Positions 53,706 through 62,506 of a stretch of 64,000 bases of DNA are shown in pieces. The DNA is from an uncultured Acidobacteriota bacterium (GTDB lineage: Bacteria; Acidobacteriota; JAQAZP01), in NCBI GenBank assembly GCA_963836075.1, contig CAWIIB010000009.1, forward strand, positions 800,001-864,000, read 5' to 3'. Below the pieces are notes generated by a model. The model did not search any database and was not told where the DNA came from. It saw only the letters and a list, made by a program, of their open reading frames with translations. Each line of letters opens with the position of its first letter. Within the stretch, counting starts at the first letter, position 1. A program made the position numbers and the translations under genes.

Positions 53706-55637
53706 ATGCCCGGAAACTGCTTCACCTGTCCGGCAAACCACTCCCGCAACGGGGTTCAGGCTCTGATTCTTTTTGCCGTCCGTTCGGCACTCCCGCTCTT
53801 CCTCGCCATGGCGCTCGCCGTCCCGGCCGGCGGCGTCACCCTGGTATCCAGGTCCACCGGCCTCGACTCACCGGACAAGGAGGAGGGAAAGACCGAATAC
53901 GAGCTGGCCGACTTCAATGGCGACGGCCACCTGGACATCGTCTCGGTGGGCGATCACGGATCGCCCTTCGTCAACAGCGATCAACACGGGATCATGGTCT
54001 GGCTCGGCGATGGCAACGGCACCTGGACCGTGCACCAGTCGGGAAATTTCGGCTACGGCGGCTGTGCGGCGGGCGACCTCGACCTGGACGGCGTGCCGGA
54101 CCTGGTCTGGGGGATTCACCACGACTGGGGAAGCACCGGGTTCGGCGACACACTGCTCGGTGCGGCACTGGGGGACGGCAGCGGCGCGGCCTGGACGCCC
54201 TGGGGTGCCGGCCTGGCCACCAGCGGCGAGGAGTGGGGCATGTTCGCCACCGGCCTGGCCGATTTCGATGTCAACGGCCGCCTCGACCTGATCTCCCAGT
54301 CCTTTGGCGGCAGTAACGGCTTGCGGCTCTATGAGAATCACGGCGACGGCACCTGGAGCCAGGCCTGGGCCGCCACCGGGGGTTCGGTGGGCTACACGCT
54401 GAAAACCGGCGACATCAACGCCGACGGGTTTCCCGACGTTGCCTGCACCCGTTACGGAACGGTAGTCTTTCTCGGCGATGGAGCCTTCGGTTTCACCGCG
54501 GCGGTGAGCGGCCTGCCCGCGGGATTCATCTCCGGAGTGGACCTGGGGGACATCGACGGCGACGGCCGGGACGACCTCGTTCTCTGCAACAGCGACGGAG
54601 GTATCGGCTGTTACACCTTTGACGATCTGTCGGCATCCTGGTCTTCCGGCTCGGTGGGGCTGCCCGGTACCGGGGGATACAACCGGGCCCAGCTCGGTGA
54701 TCTGAATGGCGACGGGCATCTCGACATCGTCGGTTACGACGGCCCGGGCGGTCAGGTGTTTCTCGGAAACGGCGCCGGAACCTGGACCGCCGACGCATCC
54801 TGGACCATGCCATCCCCGGGGGACGTTTCAGCGTTGCGGGTTGACGGTGATGTGGACCACGACGGCCGGGAGGACATCGTCATCGTCTCATCGATGAGCG
54901 GGTTTCCCTTCTACCGCAACCAACTCCGGGTCTATTCCCCATGGCAGGAACCGGCAGTGCTGTCGGTGCGGGTGGTTTCGCCGTCGGGCGGCGAAACACT
55001 GCAGCTGGGCTCGATTCGCTGGATCCGCTGGCTGGCCGCCGTGCCGCCGGCCGACGGGCCGGCCGACGTGGAGATTCTGCTCTCGCGCTCCGGCCCGGAT
55101 GGTCCCTGGACCACCATCGCCTCGGGGCTGCCAAACAGCGGCTGCCACCAGTGGTCGGTCGGCGCGTCCGGCCCATCCTCCACCTGCCGCTTGCGGGTGG
55201 TCATCACCACCGATTCCGGCAGTGCCATCGCCGATTCCGCCGCCGACTTCACCCTGGCCGGCGAGGGTTTTGAGACGCTGGACGCCTCGCTCGGTTGTCA
55301 GCCCGATTCAGGTGTGCTGCCGTTCCAGACCGCAGTGCGCGTGGAGCTGACCAACCTTTCCGCCATCCGGCGCCGAATTGCCGCGCGAATCGACGTGGCC
55401 CTGGCCGGAGGGCAAATCTACACCAGCTGGCGGGCCGGCTACACCAATGTCAACGGCGGTGAAATCCGGGTGGAGAGCTGGGCCCAGAGCCTTCCGGCGG
55501 TGGGCTCCCTGGTCGGGGACAATCTCTTCCAGTTGCAGGCCGAAGACGTGACCCCTCCGCCTTACAACCAGCCGCCCAATCCTCCGGCCGGGGGCACAGC
55601 CAGCGGCAGCTGTACGGTGATTGGGGTGGCGCCTTGA
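53706..55637 (+). CDS. Secreted FG-GAP/VCBS repeat protein with Ig-like and distinct C-terminal domain
   Basis: Multiple D(F/L/I)(N/D)GDG.LD repeats, VVSPSGGETL...IRW domain, C-terminal EDVTPPPYNQPP. Confidence 0.8.
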   Translation: MPGNCFTCPANHSRNGVQALILFAVRSALPLFLAMALAVPAGGVTLVSRSTGLDSPDKEEGKTEYELADFNGDGHLDIVSVGDHGSPFVNSDQHGIMVWLGDGNGTWTVHQSGNFGYGGCAAGDLDLDGVPDLVWGIHHDWGSTGFGDTLLGAALGDGSGAAWTPWGAGLATSGEEWGMFATGLADFDVNGRLDLISQSFGGSNGLRLYENHGDGTWSQAWAATGGSVGYTLKTGDINADGFPDVACTRYGTVVFLGDGAFGFTAAVSGLPAGFISGVDLGDIDGDGRDDLVLCNSDGGIGCYTFDDLSASWSSGSVGLPGTGGYNRAQLGDLNGDGHLDIVGYDGPGGQVFLGNGAGTWTADASWTMPSPGDVSALRVDGDVDHDGREDIVIVSSMSGFPFYRNQLRVYSPWQEPAVLSVRVVSPSGGETLQLGSIRWIRWLAAVPPADGPADVEILLSRSGPDGPWTTIASGLPNSGCHQWSVGASGPSSTCRLRVVITTDSGSAIADSAADFTLAGEGFETLDASLGCQPDSGVLPFQTAVRVELTNLSAIRRRIAARIDVALAGGQIYTSWRAGYTNVNGGEIRVESWAQSLPAVGSLVGDNLFQLQAEDVTPPPYNQPPNPPAGGTASGSCTVIGVAP

Positions 55638-55674
55638 AGATCGTGGGTGAGGAGCCCGAGATCGGGCTGGCCGG

Positions 55675-56214
55675 TCAGCTCACCAGCAGTATCCCGTAGC
55701 GGTTCATCTCCTTGTCGTAGTCGTCAAGCACCTGGATCGGCTTGCCCGCTCTACTTGCGGTGGCAAAGACATCCACTGCCAACCCTTCGGGTGAGGGCCG
55801 TGCGTTTTTGGGGTGCTCGCAAAGGTCCCGGGTGGGGACGCACTCCTCGCAGAAGTTACAGGGGTCGACGAAGAGCACGAAGGCCTTGTAGAAACCGGCC
55901 AGGAACACCGCCCGCTCAAGGTTGAGCAGACCGCCGTTGATCTTCCGTGTCCACTGATGCCGGTCCTCCGGCTTGTCCACCGTGCCGCTGAACTGCAGCA
56001 GCACGGCGCGCTGGTACTCGGAGAAGAAGCGCTCACATTCGGCCAGGGACGGCACGTTGGGCGGGCAGACGGCGCACTTGCCGAAGTGGTGGCAGCCAAA
56101 CTCGCACTTCATCCTCACCCACTGGGCGGTGACGATCATGTTTGGATCGAGCCAACTGTAGTTGTCGAATCCCCGCTCGCCGAGGATCACTTCCACTCTA
56201 TCCCTGTCGGACAT
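55675..56214 (-). CDS. DUF2284 metal-binding protein
   Basis: WVRMKCEFGC..FGKCAVCPP, PCNFCEEC, CEHP..ARPSPEG, NRYGILLV. Confidence 0.88.
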   Translation of the reverse strand: MSDRDRVEVILGERGFDNYSWLDPNMIVTAQWVRMKCEFGCHHFGKCAVCPPNVPSLAECERFFSEYQRAVLLQFSGTVDKPEDRHQWTRKINGGLLNLERAVFLAGFYKAFVLFVDPCNFCEECVPTRDLCEHPKNARPSPEGLAVDVFATASRAGKPIQVLDDYDKEMNRYGILLVS

Positions 56215-56251
56215 CTGTCTTCGTCTCCTTCCCGGCGGCCCGGGTGCGCGG

Positions 56252-57265
56252 TTACTGGTTCCAGAGGAAGAGGATCAGGGCACTGAGCAGGACCAGCAGC
56301 AGGGCCCAGAAGATGATCGCCCAGCGGGTGGCCTTCCTGGCGCGGCGGCCGTCCCACCAGCTGCGCGGCCGGATGCGCTGGAAGAGGAAGGTCACCACCC
56401 CGGCCAGGTTGACGCAGGCCACGTTGGTGGTGAAGAGGGCCGTGGCGCGGATGGCCAGGTCGGGGCGGCCGGCGCCGAGCATCAGGCCGGCGGTGACCAG
56501 CGGGGGCAGCAGGGCCACCGCCACCATCACCCCGATCAGCGCCGCGGGCAGACCGGAGGTGAAGGCCAGTGCCCCGGCGACGCCGGCGGCCGAAGCGAGG
56601 AGGACGTCGGAGAGGCCCAGCGTGGTGCGGGCGGCCAGCTGGGAACTGGCCGGGTCCACCCTGACCAGCAGGCCGAAGACCACGGCGATAGCCGTGGCCA
56701 GCACGATGCCGGCGGTGAAGGTGCGGATCGACTTGAAGAGCAGCGGCGTGTCGCCGAGGGTCACTGCCAGGGCCATGGCCACGTTGGGGCCGAGGAGCGG
56801 GGCGATGACCATCGCCCCGATGATGATCGCCACGTCGCCGCGCACCAGGCCGATGGCCGCCACCAGGGTGGAGAGCGCCACGGTGAGCAGGAAGATGAAG
56901 GTCAGCTTTGTCCCGCTGGTGACCGTTTCGTAGAGCTCTTCCCGGGAGACGCGGTTGGGGGTGCGCAGCTCGGGCTTCTTCTCCTTCTTCTCTTCCGGCG
57001 GCGGCTTCTCCTCTTCCAGCTTGGGCAGGGTGGCCTGCACCGCCAGCAGCATCACCCGGAACTGCGGCTTCATGCCGAAGCGCCGCTGCAGGAGGTCCAT
57101 CACCTCCTCGGTCTTGCCGGTGGGCAGCAGCACCCGGACCCGTCCCAGCCCTTCGGCAAGGGTCTCCGACCAGGGTTCGACGCCGTGGGCATCTCCCAGC
57201 AGTGTGGTCAACTCGCGGAGGTCGCTCTCCGGAACGATGATCTCCATCATGCGCAGGGTGGACAC
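56252..57265 (-). CDS. TIGR00341/DUF389 family membrane protein
   Basis: RVSREELYE, IIGAMVIAPLLGP, LIGVMVAVALLPP. Confidence 0.88.
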   Translation of the reverse strand: MSTLRMMEIIVPESDLRELTTLLGDAHGVEPWSETLAEGLGRVRVLLPTGKTEEVMDLLQRRFGMKPQFRVMLLAVQATLPKLEEEKPPPEEKKEKKPELRTPNRVSREELYETVTSGTKLTFIFLLTVALSTLVAAIGLVRGDVAIIIGAMVIAPLLGPNVAMALAVTLGDTPLLFKSIRTFTAGIVLATAIAVVFGLLVRVDPASSQLAARTTLGLSDVLLASAAGVAGALAFTSGLPAALIGVMVAVALLPPLVTAGLMLGAGRPDLAIRATALFTTNVACVNLAGVVTFLFQRIRPRSWWDGRRARKATRWAIIFWALLLVLLSALILFLWNQ

Positions 57266-57278
57266 GATTGCGCTCCTG

Positions 57279-57824
57279 TTATTCTTTGCGGTGCTTGCCC
57301 TGTTCCACGTACGGCTTGAGCCGCTCCACCAGGAAGTGGCGCCACACCGAGTCGACGGCCTCGGCCCAGCCCTCCTCGAGGGTGCCGCTCATCCGGCCGT
57401 CGAGGGTCAGCTTGGTCTCCTTCTCCCCGTGCGGCTCGTAGGTCAGGGTCCAGACCGCGGTGACCGCGTTGCCGGCCAGACCCAGCGGGCCGGTGAAGCG
57501 GAGCAACTTGCCGCGCCGGGCCCAGGTCACGGTGCCGTGGAGCACGCCGTCGCCGCTCTCGTCGAAAATCTCGTAGAAACCGCCGCCGGGCCGGGCCTCG
57601 ATGAAGAACTTCAGCGGCTTTTCCGAGAAATGGTGGTCCCACCAGCCGCTGATGTCGCCGGTGGTGGCGTCGTAGACGGCTTCGGGGGTGTCGGGCAGGA
57701 TCACGGCCTGCCTGATGGTGAAACTGCTGCTGCTGTTGGTCACCACCTCGCCCCGCGCCGCGCCGGGGAACAACAGGGCGAGCAGCAGGACGGCGAACAG
57801 AATCGTCGCGTGTTTTGTCTGCAT
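57279..57824 (-). CDS. SRPBCC/AHA1-like domain secreted protein
   Basis: Signal peptide, PEAVYDA..ISGWW, ARPGGGFYE, LLRFTGPLG. Confidence 0.8.
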   Translation of the reverse strand: MQTKHATILFAVLLLALLFPGAARGEVVTNSSSSFTIRQAVILPDTPEAVYDATTGDISGWWDHHFSEKPLKFFIEARPGGGFYEIFDESGDGVLHGTVTWARRGKLLRFTGPLGLAGNAVTAVWTLTYEPHGEKETKLTLDGRMSGTLEEGWAEAVDSVWRHFLVERLKPYVEQGKHRKE

Positions 57825-57859
57825 GGTTTTCCCTCCGTGAAGTCGTGTCCGCTATTCTA

Positions 57860-60037
57860 TCAGAAGCTGTCCACGGCCATCACCAGGTCGCGTTCCACCC
57901 GGTCGGCATGCCCGTAGAGGATGGTGGCGCCGTCGGCGGATACGGCCAGGGAGGGGTTCGAATGGCTGGGGATCAGGGCCAGGGGGCGTGATTTGCCGGT
58001 GCTCAGATCGTAGCGGGCAAGGAGGTAGTCCTCTGTGCGGGCCTCGACGTAGTGGATCGCGCCCGCGCTCGGCTCCCAGGAAGCCCAGGCCACCCCGCCG
58101 GGCGGCTCGATGGCGCATCGCTCCTCGCCCGATTCCAGGTCCACCTGCCAGATGCCGGCCTGGCCCAGCTTGCCATACCAGAGGCTGCGGCCGTCCGGGG
58201 ACACCCGGGCGCGCCGGCCGCCGTCCCGGGTCACCTGCCCGGCGTCCGTGCCGTCAGGTTTCATCCGCCAGATCTGGTGGTCACCCGAACGGTCGGAGGA
58301 GAAGTAGACCCACTGGCCGTCGGGGGACCAGTCACAGAACCAGGCGTACTGCTCCGGGTCACCGATCCGCCTGGTCTCGCCGGTGGCCGGGTCGAGGATG
58401 CAGACGGCGGCCTCCTCGTCCGGGTTGGAGGAGAAGGCGATCCGGCGGCCGTCGGGGCTCCAGCGGGGGTTGGCGAGGAAACGGTCGCCAAAGCGGGTCA
58501 GCTGCCGCGGGTGGCAGCCCTCGCCGTCGCAGACCCAGACCTCGCGGCTCCCCGACCGGTCGGAGAGGAAGACGACGCTCCTGCCGTCGGGCGAGATGTG
58601 GGGGCTGTAGTCCATCCGGGTGGAGGTGATCAGGGGCGCCGGTGCGGGACAGGGGCCGTCCCCCCCGGTGTCGCGCACCGACCAGATGTCGTAGTCGCAG
58701 GAGAGCTGCTCGAAGACCAGGCAGTGGGCGTTCCGGGCCAGCGAGGGTTTTTGCACCATTTCACCGGAGGTGGAGAGCCAGGTCACCGGCCCACCCGCGG
58801 CCGGGACCCTCCAGAGCCGGTAGCGGCCGTCCGGGGCCGCGCTGAAGATCACCTGGGTGCCGTCAGCCGTCCAGTCGAAGCCGGTGACCCAGCGCTGGCG
58901 CTCGGTGAGGGCGGTCACCTCCCCGCCGGCCACCGGGACGAGGTGGATGTCCTCGTGAAAGCTCCCGCCGTAGCGCAGGAAGGCCACCTGCCGGCCATCG
59001 GGGGAAAAGGCCGGCTTGTGGTCGCACATGTTCGGCGGCAGGGGATCGGTGATCGCCCGGCTCTCGCCGCTGGCCGGGTCAAAGAGCATGATGCAGGGCT
59101 GGTGCCCCTCCCAGTACCCAAAACTGTAGGCCAGCAGGGAGCCGTCCGGTGACCAGTCGAGGCCGGTGAGCCGCGCCTCGGAGTAGGTCAGCCGCCGCTC
59201 CGGGCCGCCGATGGCCGGCACGGTGAAGATGCCCCACCGGCCGTCCCGCCGGCTGGTGAAGGCGATGGTGGCGCCGTCCGGCGACCAGGCCGGGAACCGC
59301 ACGCTCTCCTCGCCTTCGGTGAGCCGCAGCGGGGTCTCGGTGTCCCGCTGCTTGACGTAGAGGTCGAAGCTCTTGCCCTCGCCGCCATCCCAGACAAAGG
59401 CGACCCTGGTGCCGTCCGGAGACACCGCCGGGTCGGCCTCGCTGCCGGAGTAGCTGCTGAAGGGCATGGTGCGGAGGATCTGCGGCTGCTCCGGCGCCGC
59501 GGTGTACGCCCCCTGGATCCAGAAGAACAGCACGGCCACCACCGCCGCGGCACAGACCAGGCCCAGGGCAGCCAGGCCCCGGCGGCGGGACGGGGAGTGC
59601 CGGGCTTCCGAAGTCCGCGCCGCGGGTGGCATATCGGCCGGCCTGGCAGGCGCTGCCGCGGCCGCGGGCTCAGTGGCGTCCGCCGGCGTCACCGGCACCA
59701 GCAGGCGGTAGCCGCCCTTGCGGATGGTTTCGATGAACCGCGGCTGCTGGCGATCGTCCTCGAAGAGGCGGCGCAACTCGGAAATGGTGCGGGTCAGGGC
59801 GTCCTCGCAGACCACCGCGTCCTGCCAGACCGTGTCCAGAAGCTCCTCGCGGGTGACCACTTTTCCCGCCCGGGCGGCGAGACAGACCAGGACGTGCATG
59901 ATCCGCGGCTGCAGCTGGACCTGCTGCCCTTCCCGGTCGGCCCGGTTGAGCGAGGGCTCCACCAACCACTGACCGGCCATGAACGGGGCCAGGTCACCGG
60001 GACGGAGGGGCAGCTGGTCTGGCGTTTCGGTCATCAT
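57860..60037 (-). CDS. CadC-like winged-helix regulator with TM and TolB/PD40 beta-propeller
   Basis: LQPRIMHVLVCLA...LTRTISELR...IETIRKGGYRL, a TM segment and many WSPDG/SPDG repeats. Confidence 0.9.
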   Translation of the reverse strand: MMTETPDQLPLRPGDLAPFMAGQWLVEPSLNRADREGQQVQLQPRIMHVLVCLAARAGKVVTREELLDTVWQDAVVCEDALTRTISELRRLFEDDRQQPRFIETIRKGGYRLLVPVTPADATEPAAAAAPARPADMPPAARTSEARHSPSRRRGLAALGLVCAAAVVAVLFFWIQGAYTAAPEQPQILRTMPFSSYSGSEADPAVSPDGTRVAFVWDGGEGKSFDLYVKQRDTETPLRLTEGEESVRFPAWSPDGATIAFTSRRDGRWGIFTVPAIGGPERRLTYSEARLTGLDWSPDGSLLAYSFGYWEGHQPCIMLFDPASGESRAITDPLPPNMCDHKPAFSPDGRQVAFLRYGGSFHEDIHLVPVAGGEVTALTERQRWVTGFDWTADGTQVIFSAAPDGRYRLWRVPAAGGPVTWLSTSGEMVQKPSLARNAHCLVFEQLSCDYDIWSVRDTGGDGPCPAPAPLITSTRMDYSPHISPDGRSVVFLSDRSGSREVWVCDGEGCHPRQLTRFGDRFLANPRWSPDGRRIAFSSNPDEEAAVCILDPATGETRRIGDPEQYAWFCDWSPDGQWVYFSSDRSGDHQIWRMKPDGTDAGQVTRDGGRRARVSPDGRSLWYGKLGQAGIWQVDLESGEERCAIEPPGGVAWASWEPSAGAIHYVEARTEDYLLARYDLSTGKSRPLALIPSHSNPSLAVSADGATILYGHADRVERDLVMAVDSF

Positions 60038-60245
60038 GAAATCATTTTACCACCAACGAAGTAGACCTGCTCAGCGGGCGGCGTTTCTGCTGATCGGTCA
60101 GAAAAGACCTTTTGATCAGGTTTTCCGGAGGTGCGTTTGCCAGCCGCGTGCGTTAATCACTCTGACCGTTGGAAAACGGCGGGGGGACACGCCCTCCGGG
60201 ACACGCAACCTGTTGAGAATGATAACGATCAAGGAGGACAGGAAG

Positions 60246-62378
60246 ATGAGGACCCGATGTTTCACGAGCTTCCGGAGAGTGGCGATCCCGATGATGCTGG
60301 CCCTGATCTGGGTCTGGCCCGCTGCGGCGGATGTCCAGTTCGTCCCCTACGCCATTGACGACGAGTTCGTGGGGGCGGTGGAGGTGTCGATCATCGACAT
60401 GGACGGGGACGGTGACCTGGACATGGCCGGTTCGGCCTTCAACGGCGACGAGGTCCGCTGGTGGGAGAACGACGGCAGCATGTCGTTCACCCGGCACGTG
60501 GTGGAAGCCGGGTTTGGCGGTCAACCCCGCTCGATCCGGGCGGTGGACGAGGAGGGGAACCTGCTCGACATCGACGGCGACGGCGACGTGGACCTGCTGG
60601 CCGCCTGCTGGGTCGGCAACGCGGTCTACTGGTGGGAGAACGACGGCAACTTCTCCTTCACCCGCATTCGGGCGGGCAACTGCACCTCGGCCCACACCGC
60701 GGTGGCCCGGGACATGGACCGGGACGGCGACATCGACCTGGTCTGCACCGGATTCCAGCTCAAGTGGTACGAGAACAACGGCAGCCAGGATTTTGACGAG
60801 CACCTCATCAACAACAGCAGCGACCTGGGCCAGAACGTCCGGGCCCTCGACCTGGACGATGACAGCGACATCGACATCATCGAGGCCCGGGGGGGCGAGA
60901 CCGGGCCGCGGATCTGGATCAACGACGGCAGCCAGCAGTTCACCGCCCTGGAGCTGGACGCCACTTTCGACGAGTGCCATTTCATCGAGCCGGCCGACCC
61001 GGACCGGGACGGGGACCGGGATTTCATCGGCGCCTCAAACCTGCCGGGTGAATTCGCCTGGTGGGAAAACAGTGGCGGCGACCTGACCAAACATGTCATT
61101 GACGACGTCCTTCGCGGTTCGGCCTGGATCTGTTGCGCCGACCTGGACAACGATGGGGACGACGACTTCGCCGGCAGCACGTTCGGCGGGGCGGCCGCGG
61201 TCTGGTGGGAAAACGATGGGGCGATGAACCTGTCCCTGCACGAGGTGGACGGCAGTTTCGATGGTTACTGCCTGATCCCCGTGGACCTGGACCAGGACGG
61301 CCGCACCGACCTGGTGGGCGCGGGGCGGGCCAACAACCGGATTGTCTGGTGGCGAAACGTTGAGTACACCGGAGCGAAGATCCTTGTCGGTCCCGGCCCC
61401 GGCGAGGATAACGCGCCGCTGGTTCGGCTCTACCATCCATCGAACCGGGCGGACATGGAGTCCGAGTTCACCGCGTATGGCTCACCGAACTTCGGGGTCA
61501 ACGTGGCGGTGGGCGACCTGGACGGCAACGGGGTGGACGAGATCCTCACCGGGCCGGGTCCGGGTCCGATGTACGGGCCCCACGTCAGGTGTTTCAACGC
61601 CGGCGGCACCCCGGTGTCCGGGGTCAACTTCCTGGCCTACGGCACCAACAAGTATGGGGTCAATGTTGCCTGCGGCGACCTCGACGGTGACGGGTTCGAG
61701 GAAATCGTCACCGGCGCCGGACCGGGTGCGGTCTTCGGCCCCCACGTGCGGGCCTTCAATTCCGACGGCGGGGCATCGGTCAGCCCGGTGCCCGGGGTGA
61801 GTTACTTCGCCTACGGCACCCTGAAGTGGGGCGTTAACGTGGCAGCCGGTGACATCGACGGGGACGGCTTTGACGAGATCGTCACCGGCGCCGGACCGGG
61901 TGCGGTCTTCGGCCCCCACGTGCGGGGCTGGAACGTGGATGGTGGCGCCGCCGCGGCCATCTCTTCGGTGAGCTACTTCGCCTACGGCACCAACCTCTAC
62001 GGCGTCAAGGTGGCCTGCGGCGACGTTGACGGCGACGGCATCGACGAGATCGTCACCGGGCCGGGGCCGGGCGCGGTCTTTGGCGCCCACCTGCGGGGCT
62101 GGAACGTTGACGGCGGGCAGCCGGTGCCGCTGCCCGGATTCAGTTTTTTTGCCTGGCCGGCTGAAGAGCGGCGCTTCGGCGCCACCGTCTCCTCCGGCCG
62201 GGACATCACCGGCGACGGCCGGGACGAGATCATCTCCGGGCTGGGTCCGGCAGAGGAGAACCGCGGCCACGTGAGGGTCTGGCGCTATAACGGCAGCGGC
62301 GTCGAGCAGCTCTACGAGATCTTTGCATTTACCGGGCCGTTCCTCCGTGGCGCCAACGCAGCCGCCGGCCGCTTCTGA
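60246..62378 (+). CDS. Secreted VCBS/FG-GAP repeat protein with C-terminal DxDGDG/GPGPG module
   Basis: DxDGDGDxD / WWENDG repeats followed by the five-repeat module; RBS AAGGAGG. Confidence 0.87.
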   Translation: MRTRCFTSFRRVAIPMMLALIWVWPAAADVQFVPYAIDDEFVGAVEVSIIDMDGDGDLDMAGSAFNGDEVRWWENDGSMSFTRHVVEAGFGGQPRSIRAVDEEGNLLDIDGDGDVDLLAACWVGNAVYWWENDGNFSFTRIRAGNCTSAHTAVARDMDRDGDIDLVCTGFQLKWYENNGSQDFDEHLINNSSDLGQNVRALDLDDDSDIDIIEARGGETGPRIWINDGSQQFTALELDATFDECHFIEPADPDRDGDRDFIGASNLPGEFAWWENSGGDLTKHVIDDVLRGSAWICCADLDNDGDDDFAGSTFGGAAAVWWENDGAMNLSLHEVDGSFDGYCLIPVDLDQDGRTDLVGAGRANNRIVWWRNVEYTGAKILVGPGPGEDNAPLVRLYHPSNRADMESEFTAYGSPNFGVNVAVGDLDGNGVDEILTGPGPGPMYGPHVRCFNAGGTPVSGVNFLAYGTNKYGVNVACGDLDGDGFEEIVTGAGPGAVFGPHVRAFNSDGGASVSPVPGVSYFAYGTLKWGVNVAAGDIDGDGFDEIVTGAGPGAVFGPHVRGWNVDGGAAAAISSVSYFAYGTNLYGVKVACGDVDGDGIDEIVTGPGPGAVFGAHLRGWNVDGGQPVPLPGFSFFAWPAEERRFGATVSSGRDITGDGRDEIISGLGPAEENRGHVRVWRYNGSGVEQLYEIFAFTGPFLRGANAAAGRF

Positions 62379-62391
62379 ATGTAAAGGGGGC

Positions 62392-62497
62392 GTTAAAAAG
62401 GGGACAGGTCACTAATTAATTTCACATAATTGTTTATCCGTCAGGGCTTTGAACGGATGCACCCAGAGATGAACCAGTTACCTGACCCCTTTTTAAC
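62392..62497. repeat. GGGGAC-ended inverted-repeat element (20/22-bp arms) between convergent genes
   Basis: gttaaaaaggggacaggtcact ... agttacctgacccctttttaac. Confidence 0.75.
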
Positions 62498-62506
62498 TGC
62501 TGTCCC

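Noticed and set aside
36022-62378. Near-identical ~165-bp repeats as a CRISPR array or DGR template/variable repeats
   Set aside because: They are in-frame coding repeats with no spacers, cas genes or reverse transcriptase, and differences are not adenine-restricted by eye.
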